Source: Candidatus Hydrogenedens sp.
GTDB lineage: Bacteria; Hydrogenedentota; Hydrogenedentia; Hydrogenedentales; Hydrogenedentaceae
Length of the DNA stretch: 64,000 nt
Direction: 5' to 3'
Assembly: GCA_049968235.1 (NCBI GenBank)
Contig: JBMFRC010000010.1
Location: 32,001 to 96,000 of the forward strand
How positions within the stretch are numbered: the stretch's first letter is position 1; each line of letters starts with the position of its first letter. Of this stretch, positions 58,622 to 64,000 are shown one piece after another. The translations under genes and the position numbers were made by a program. The notes beneath the pieces were generated by a model. The model made no database searches. It was not told the origin of the DNA and was given only the letters and a program-made list of their open reading frames with translations.

Positions 58622-60050
58622 GATGACTATCTTTTTCGTTTTCGTTATAAATTAAACTTCCTGAATATGTTTTTCCGGTTGAATTCCACAATACCGCAAC
58701 TGCTATTTGTTCTTGAATTCTGGCGTTAATAAGATTTATTTCTGCAATACTTAATTCATTCTGGGCTGTTACAATATCTACTTCCGCAAGTAATCCTTCA
58801 TTCCATTTATCATTTGCTTCTCTAAATTTCTCCTTATAATAGATATACGCCTGTTCTGCTAATTTAAGGTCTTCTTTTGCCTTTTCCCAATTGGCTTTTG
58901 CTCTAATTACTCCTGACATTAATGCTAATGAAGTATCTTCCCTTTCCAGAAATGCCTTTTCTCTCTTTTCCCTTGCTATCCGATATTGTTGTATATTTGC
59001 AAAGCCATTAAATAATGTTAATACACCTTGCAAACCGGATAACACAGACTGAGAATACATCGTATAAGAGTTGGACGTATACTGCCATTGTGAAAATCCA
59101 CCTATTAAAGGCAAAAAATTAGTAATTGCAAGTCGTATTTCATCTTCACTAATTTCTACTTTACGGTCTTCTATTAAAACACGAGGATGATTTTTTAACG
59201 CGGTATAAATCAGTTCTTCTGTATTGTTTGCAGGGAGAGGTATGTCTACCTGTTTTGATAATTTGATTTTTTGAAGAGGTGAAATCCCCAATACTGTATT
59301 AAATTGGGCTTTTACTGTTTCTATTTCTTGCTGACATTGTTTTAAATCTCGTTCTCTTGATTGTTTTAATAAATATACTTGTTCTTTTTGGGATTGGGTA
59401 ATCATTCCTTCTTCATAAAAAGCATTTATTTGTTCTGTTAATTTATCAGCATTATCTAATTGCAATTGTAAACTATCTTTCATGTTTTCTAATGCTAATA
59501 TCTGAAAATATAAAGCAGTTGTCTGAAGGGCTATCATCTGACAGGTGTAATCTTTTACAAGATTACTTATATTGACACCTTTATTTCTCAAGTCATATAA
59601 AAACCATGTAGCAGGAGCAAAAATGGGCATCTGTAATTGAACTGTATCCATTCGAATAGTTTGGTCCTGCATGGCTGTTGATAAAGGACCGAGATTAACC
59701 ACGGGTTTACGATCGTAATTAACAACCTGAAATTCTGCATTGATTTGGGGTAAAAAATTGGAAAAAGATATATTTTTTTCTAACTTTGCTATTTTTTGTT
59801 CTATCTCTGATATTTTTACTTGTGCATTATTCTGCAATGCTATTTGAATACACTCATCTAAGGTTAATTCCTGCTCTGTCTTGACTTTTTCTGGTGTTTG
59901 TTCCTCTATTTTTTGATTAAATTTTGAAAGAGATTCATCGCGATATTGGTCTGGATTTATATGAACACAGGATGTAAATATAATTGTCCAAAAAAGTAGT
60001 AGGGTTAATAAAAAAGTATACGTTTGTATGTATATTTTACTGAATTTCAT
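58587..60050 (-). CDS. TolC-family outer membrane efflux protein
   Basis: Signal peptide and two helical-repeat halves typical of outer membrane factor proteins; 487 aa. Overlaps the MFP start. Confidence 0.7.
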   Translation of the reverse strand: MKFSKIYIQTYTFLLTLLLFWTIIFTSCVHINPDQYRDESLSKFNQKIEEQTPEKVKTEQELTLDECIQIALQNNAQVKISEIEQKIAKLEKNISFSNFLPQINAEFQVVNYDRKPVVNLGPLSTAMQDQTIRMDTVQLQMPIFAPATWFLYDLRNKGVNISNLVKDYTCQMIALQTTALYFQILALENMKDSLQLQLDNADKLTEQINAFYEEGMITQSQKEQVYLLKQSRERDLKQCQQEIETVKAQFNTVLGISPLQKIKLSKQVDIPLPANNTEELIYTALKNHPRVLIEDRKVEISEDEIRLAITNFLPLIGGFSQWQYTSNSYTMYSQSVLSGLQGVLTLFNGFANIQQYRIAREKREKAFLEREDTSLALMSGVIRAKANWEKAKEDLKLAEQAYIYYKEKFREANDKWNEGLLAEVDIVTAQNELSIAEINLINARIQEQIAVAVLWNSTGKTYSGSLIYNENEKDSHHEKEKSKDDKN

Positions 60051-60059
60051 ATATGTTAT

Positions 60060-60713
60060 TTATTCCTCTTTTAAGTCTAAACCTTTCAATATCAGACTGG
60101 TAATATGTTCTTGTAGTTGCAATAAGAATTCCTGTGTATATTTTTCCGCTATATCTAACGCTAATTTAATACCGGGTTCCGCAAAAACATAGAATGAAAT
60201 TTCACCGAGAATAGAAAAAGCCCAGAACCTGCATTTTGCTAATGTTTTTGCTGAATTACATTTCTTTAAAACTTCAACTAAAGCATTTAATTCTGGAATA
60301 AATGTTTGGAATATAACATTTTCATATTTAGGAGGAGGTTCTATTAAACTTCTAAGAAGTAATCGTGAATACCATGCTGGATATTTATCAGAGAGATAAT
60401 TTTGAACTCTTTCTTCAATCAATTTGCTGATTATTTCGATACACTTCTCTTTTGAAGAATAATTGATATTATTATCTTGCAATATTCTCTGTGCAAGTGG
60501 ACAACGTACTTGCCACGCTACATATCGAAGAGTTTCAACATACAAGTTTTCTTTTGAGCCGAAGTAATAATTAATAGCAGCAATATTAACATCTGACTTT
60601 TCTGCTATCTCACGAATAGAAACACCATCAATACCGGAATTAGCGAAAAGTTCTCCGGCTGTTTCAATTAATTCAAGTCTTTTACCTGTCCATTCTTGAT
60701 AATTTTCTAACAT
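60060..60713 (-). CDS. TetR-family transcriptional regulator
   Basis: N-terminal HTH GIDGVSIREIAEKSDVNIAAINYYFGSKENLY. Confidence 0.8.
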   Translation of the reverse strand: MLENYQEWTGKRLELIETAGELFANSGIDGVSIREIAEKSDVNIAAINYYFGSKENLYVETLRYVAWQVRCPLAQRILQDNNINYSSKEKCIEIISKLIEERVQNYLSDKYPAWYSRLLLRSLIEPPPKYENVIFQTFIPELNALVEVLKKCNSAKTLAKCRFWAFSILGEISFYVFAEPGIKLALDIAEKYTQEFLLQLQEHITSLILKGLDLKEE

Positions 60714-60766
60714 TTTTAGTAATTAATCCTATTTTAAAGATAAAATCATAACACAAACATTTGCTT

Positions 60767-60788
60767 AAATCAAACGATTGTTTGATTT
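60767..60788. promoter_or_regulatory. Palindrome AAATCAAAC-gatt-GTTTGATTT, candidate TetR operator
   Basis: 9-4-9 inverted repeat read from the sequence, about 55 bp upstream of the tetR start and ahead of the tetR-tolC-MFP-RND operon. Confidence 0.5.
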
Positions 60789-60827
60789 TTGTTGTGAAAA
60801 GCAATTAGCCTAAACTAAAGTATTAGT

Positions 60828-62044
60828 TTAGAAATGATGTGTATAACCTAAGACGAGAGAAAAACCACCTGTACTAAGTTCTGTACCTTTTCCTAAATGA
60901 GATAGTAAATCACCTCTGCCTGTATCTTTCATTGTATTTTTTAAACCCAGCACTCCTGAAATACTTATTTCGTCATTATCAGTTATTTTTCTTGCTATTC
61001 CTAATGTAATATGGTCCTCACATAATACAGGAACTAATCCCGCTAAGAATACGTGGTCTTCTGTAATTGGAGAATTTCCATGACTGAAACCGCTCATAAT
61101 CCTTGTCTTTTCGTTCATTCGATACTCTAAACCTATTTTTGTGCAAAATTGATTTACCCAATTAAAGCCACCATCTAATAAATTTCTACCATAGGCTGGA
61201 ATCCCTTCCCAATTCAACCATTTGAAATCCAGAGTTAAGGTTAATTTATCTGTAAAATCATAAGCAACACCTGCGTTTATTATTTGGGTTGGTCGAGAGG
61301 ATATTTAAGTAAATCATTGTATTTATGGAATTTTTCGGTCCAATGACGAGATGTATATGTTGCTCCTAATGCGAATTTATTCCATCTCTTGTAAATACTT
61401 ATATTAAATCCAGCGCCTAATGAATCATCCCATTCAAAATCACCTTTTGTTGGTAATAAATTTAATGTAATATGGTCAGATTTAAAGCGAGAAATAGAGC
61501 CATGAAGTCCTAAACCTAAAGCCCAATCGTTATCAAATTTGTATGCATAAGCAACTACAAGGCGGGCATGCTGATAAAATAATCTACGGTCTGCATTAAA
61601 TAGTCTTAATAATAAATTTCTTGAACTTTGGTAGTCTACACCTGTTCCACTTGGGACATATAAACCAAATCCCAGAGTACCTGTTTCCAGAGGTATAATC
61701 ATACCGCCGGATGCAATATTAAATAACCCATCTCCATCTAAATCTTCCAGACGATTTCCTAGAATACCCCGAGGTTGCATTTCTATATCCGTTTTTACTA
61801 TATACCAGTTAATATCTAATCGTTTATCTAACTCGACCATACTTGCGGGATTCATATAACACCAATATGCACTTCTTGGACTCGCTATTCCACTGGAGGC
61901 TCTACCTAGCTGGAAGGCATCATTCCCCAATACAAATACACCTTCATTTGCTGACAGGTTATTCATAATAGTGAATAAAAAAGAGGCAATTACTACGATA
62001 ACCATAGGTGAGAATTGAAAACATCTTTTTGATAACTTTAGCAT
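60828..62044 (-). pseudogene. FadL/TodX-family outer membrane transport protein, split by a frameshift into 254-aa and 129-aa ORFs
   Basis: The N-terminal ORF has a signal peptide and the FadL-like GNDAFQLGRASSGIASPRSAYWCYMNPAS (NPA) region. The C-terminal ORF ends in ...VLGYTHHF with an OMP terminal Phe. The frames overlap at about 61279-61290. Restoring one A in CCCAAATAATAAAC gives a continuous ...YPLDQPKIINAGVAYDFTDKLTL... protein of about 405 aa. Confidence 0.6.
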
Positions 62045-62356
62045 AACATACTACCTTTTATTGATACTATTGATTTAATTGTTTATATTTAATTAACATA
62101 TTTATTTTATTATATGTTATATATTGTTATTATTTATTACAAATTAGATTATACCATAATACAAATCTATAATATCAATAACATGAATAAATAATAGTGT
62201 TATTTTTATTATGAATAGGGAGGGCTGTTATCTATTACTACTACCTTTTTTTAATTTCTTTTATTAAAATACTGAATAGAAACCAAAGAATTAAGAACCA
62301 CCCCGCTACAGAACTTCCAATTAATATGGATATTAAGGTAATTCTTAATTCTTGTG

Positions 62357-63265
62357 TCACTCTTGTTCTTCCTTAATAATTCGCCAGTTTTTTTTATGAG
62401 GAACTAAAATGGGAACTTTTTCTTCAATCACAGGAGGTTTTTTATTTTCTTTTTCTTCTATGGATATATCACTATTATCTAATGAATTATTCCTTATCCT
62501 CTCTAACTTTTCCCGGATTTTTTTATTCTCCTCTTCTAACATGTTGATTTTATTTTTTAACTGTATATTCTCTTTTAACAATTCTTCTATTCGTTGTTCT
62601 ATTTTTTTTAGATTATCTTCTAAGTTTTTATTTTCTTTTTCTTTTGTGGCGTTAATAGATTCTTCTTTTATTTCTTCATTGTTTTCTTCATCGTAATTTA
62701 ATAATACATCATCAAACCATGCAGAACCTGTCCCTTCTATTGCGCAACGGATTACACAAAAATCTGCTTCTTCTGGTATTGTTGTTCTTATATTTAATTT
62801 TTTCCATTCATTTGTTCCTGACAAAGTTTCTGTTTTTTTCCCTTCAATAATCCGAGCAGGATTTTGTCTCCAAAACTGTAAAAGAAAATAGGCTTTATAA
62901 ATATTGTCTGTTTTAATCCAACCTTCAAAATATACGTCTTTTCCTTTATAGGTATTAATGGGTATTCTCTGACTCCAATTATTTATTGGTTCTTTCTGAT
63001 AATTGTTTGTGTTATTTAACAAAATTGATTTTCTGCCTGTAAGATATGTTGTTCTATCGATTTTTCCAAAAGAGCCATCCTGAGGCTGGACAAATAACGA
63101 CCAGTGTAATAGGACAGATTTACTCTCTTCTTCAAATCCTGGATTTTTTATTAAATTTTCCGAATAAATAATAATATTTATAATAAAGAAATAAAATAGG
63201 GATAAAAGTAATTTTTTACTTCTATTATTCCTCTGTCTCATTATTATTTTTCTATTAATGGACAC
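62357..63265 (-). CDS. Secreted hypothetical protein: N-terminal beta-rich (possibly carbohydrate-binding-like) domain plus K/E-rich coiled-coil tail
   Basis: Signal-anchor segment LLLSLFYFFIINIIIYS, a globular region (NPGFEEE...WFDDVLLNYDE), then a coiled coil (LEDNLKKIEQRIEELLKEN...). Start overlaps the pilT stop. Confidence 0.3.
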   Translation of the reverse strand: MSINRKIIMRQRNNRSKKLLLSLFYFFIINIIIYSENLIKNPGFEEESKSVLLHWSLFVQPQDGSFGKIDRTTYLTGRKSILLNNTNNYQKEPINNWSQRIPINTYKGKDVYFEGWIKTDNIYKAYFLLQFWRQNPARIIEGKKTETLSGTNEWKKLNIRTTIPEEADFCVIRCAIEGTGSAWFDDVLLNYDEENNEEIKEESINATKEKENKNLEDNLKKIEQRIEELLKENIQLKNKINMLEEENKKIREKLERIRNNSLDNSDISIEEKENKKPPVIEEKVPILVPHKKNWRIIKEEQE

Positions 63266-64000
63266 TTAAACCTTGCATTCTAAGTTTTAGGTCTTTAGGT
63301 GATGTAGCATAACTTAAAGCAGTTTCTGTTGAAATTCTTTTTTGAGACCATAAGTCAAACAAAGCCTGGTCGAATGTTTGCATACCATATTGGTCTTTCC
63401 CTTCCTGAATAAGGGACACTATATCACGGAAAGGTTTACCCTGTTCGATAAAGTCCCGAACGGCTCTTGTACCAATAAGTATTTCTGCGGCAACGCATCT
63501 CCCAATACCACTTGCCATAGGAACTATTCTTTGAGAAATGACACCTCGCAGGACACTTGCTAATTGTTTCCTGACAAATAAATGTTGATGGGGTTCAAAA
63601 AATTCTATGATACGATTTAGTGTTTCTACTGCGTCTACAGTGTGTAATGTAGATAAAACAAGATGTCCCGTTTCTGCGGATGACAAAGCAGTTCTTACTG
63701 TTTCTGTATCTCGCATTTCACCGATAAGTATTACATCAGGGTCCTGTCGAAGTGCTGCCCTTAAAGCATTTGCGAAAGAAAGTGTATCGTGTCCTATTTC
63801 TCTCTGCGTTATAATACATTGCTTATCTCTGTGAACGAATTCCAGAGGGTCTTCAATTGTTATAACATGGTCGGAACGTGTGTTGTTTATTTCATCTATC
63901 ATTGCAGCAAGTGTGGTTGACTTACCACTTCCTGTAGGTCCTGTAATGAGTATTAAACCATTCTTTAATTTGCATAACTTTTTTAATATAGTTGGCAAAT
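63255..64000 (-). CDS. pilT: Type IV pilus retraction ATPase PilT (partial; N-terminus beyond window edge)
   Basis: Walker A LILITGPTGSGKSTTLAAMI, Asp box ITIEDPLEF, Walker B DVILIGEMRD and a His-box region. The C-terminal tail matches PilT rather than PilB. Confidence 0.8.
   Translation of the reverse strand, partial: LPTILKKLCKLKNGLILITGPTGSGKSTTLAAMIDEINNTRSDHVITIEDPLEFVHRDKQCIITQREIGHDTLSFANALRAALRQDPDVILIGEMRDTETVRTALSSAETGHLVLSTLHTVDAVETLNRIIEFFEPHQHLFVRKQLASVLRGVISQRIVPMASGIGRCVAAEILIGTRAVRDFIEQGKPFRDIVSLIQEGKDQYGMQTFDQALFDLWSQKRISTETALSYATSPKDLKLRMQGLSVH

Noticed and set aside
60795-60830. Inverted repeat CTAAACTA-n6-TAGTTTAG at the stop of the FadL-like gene, as a rho-independent terminator
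   Set aside because: The stem is AT-rich and weak, and it is not followed by a U-tract on the transcribed (minus) strand. It is mentioned only as a possible weak terminator or part of the tetR upstream region.
1-64000. Search for mobile elements (transposases, integrases, phage genes, toxin-antitoxin pairs) and restriction-modification or defence islands
   Set aside because: No ORF shows DDE/serine/tyrosine recombinase, terminase or capsid motifs. The only methyltransferases are a small-molecule/rRNA type (class I MT, RlmD, SpoU) rather than DNA methyltransferases with target-recognition domains. Gene content is coherent and housekeeping-like throughout.

Overview
This 64 kb window is an AT-rich, tightly packed chromosomal segment from a diderm (outer-membrane-bearing) bacterium. 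Evidence for the envelope type: TolC-like and FadL-like outer membrane proteins, a PagL-like lipid A deacylase, an RND efflux pump and PilT. I found no transposase, integrase, CRISPR array or phage genes; the content is mostly housekeeping and envelope or carbohydrate metabolism. About 55 protein genes and one tRNA-Ser(UGA) are supported. Main content, in order: (1) a co-directional + strand array of ptsI, dxr, rseP, lysC, pyk, a SAM-methyltransferase and a complete bacillithiol biosynthesis set (bshC, bshB, bshA), followed by an NYN/cold-shock-domain protein. (2) A minus-strand set of an oligopeptide-type ABC substrate-binding protein and two permeases with no ATPase genes, co-oriented with an FGGY sugar kinase and a zinc alcohol dehydrogenase. 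(3) A 2Fe-2S ferredoxin, tRNA-Ser, two Gfo/Idh/MocA oxidoreductases and serC. (4) A minus-strand array running GH78 alpha-L-rhamnosidase, CHAD protein, HDOD protein, a PAS/GAF histidine kinase (split by a single-base frameshift), a response regulator with a PilZ-like C-terminus, a lipoprotein and a ceramidase-like hydrolase. (5) A ferritin/Dps-like gene with a 9-3-9 palindromic operator, and a Nudix-MBL fusion protein. (6) A surface-glycan cluster: radical SAM/SPASM enzyme, GT4 glycosyltransferase, WecA/MraY-family phosphosugar transferase and a 966-aa O-antigen-ligase-like protein with a TPR tail, lying divergent from a RACo-like 2Fe-2S/ASKHA protein. (7) A tetR-tolC-MFP-RND efflux operon with a palindromic operator. 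(8) A frameshift-split FadL-family outer membrane protein gene and a partial pilT at the window edge. The best candidates for something new are the methyltransferase translationally coupled to bshCBA (a possible N-methyl-bacillithiol pathway), the radical-SAM-containing glycan cluster with the ligase-TPR fusion, and the signalling island. All protein identifications rest on motif recognition by eye from the supplied translations; I ran no database search.
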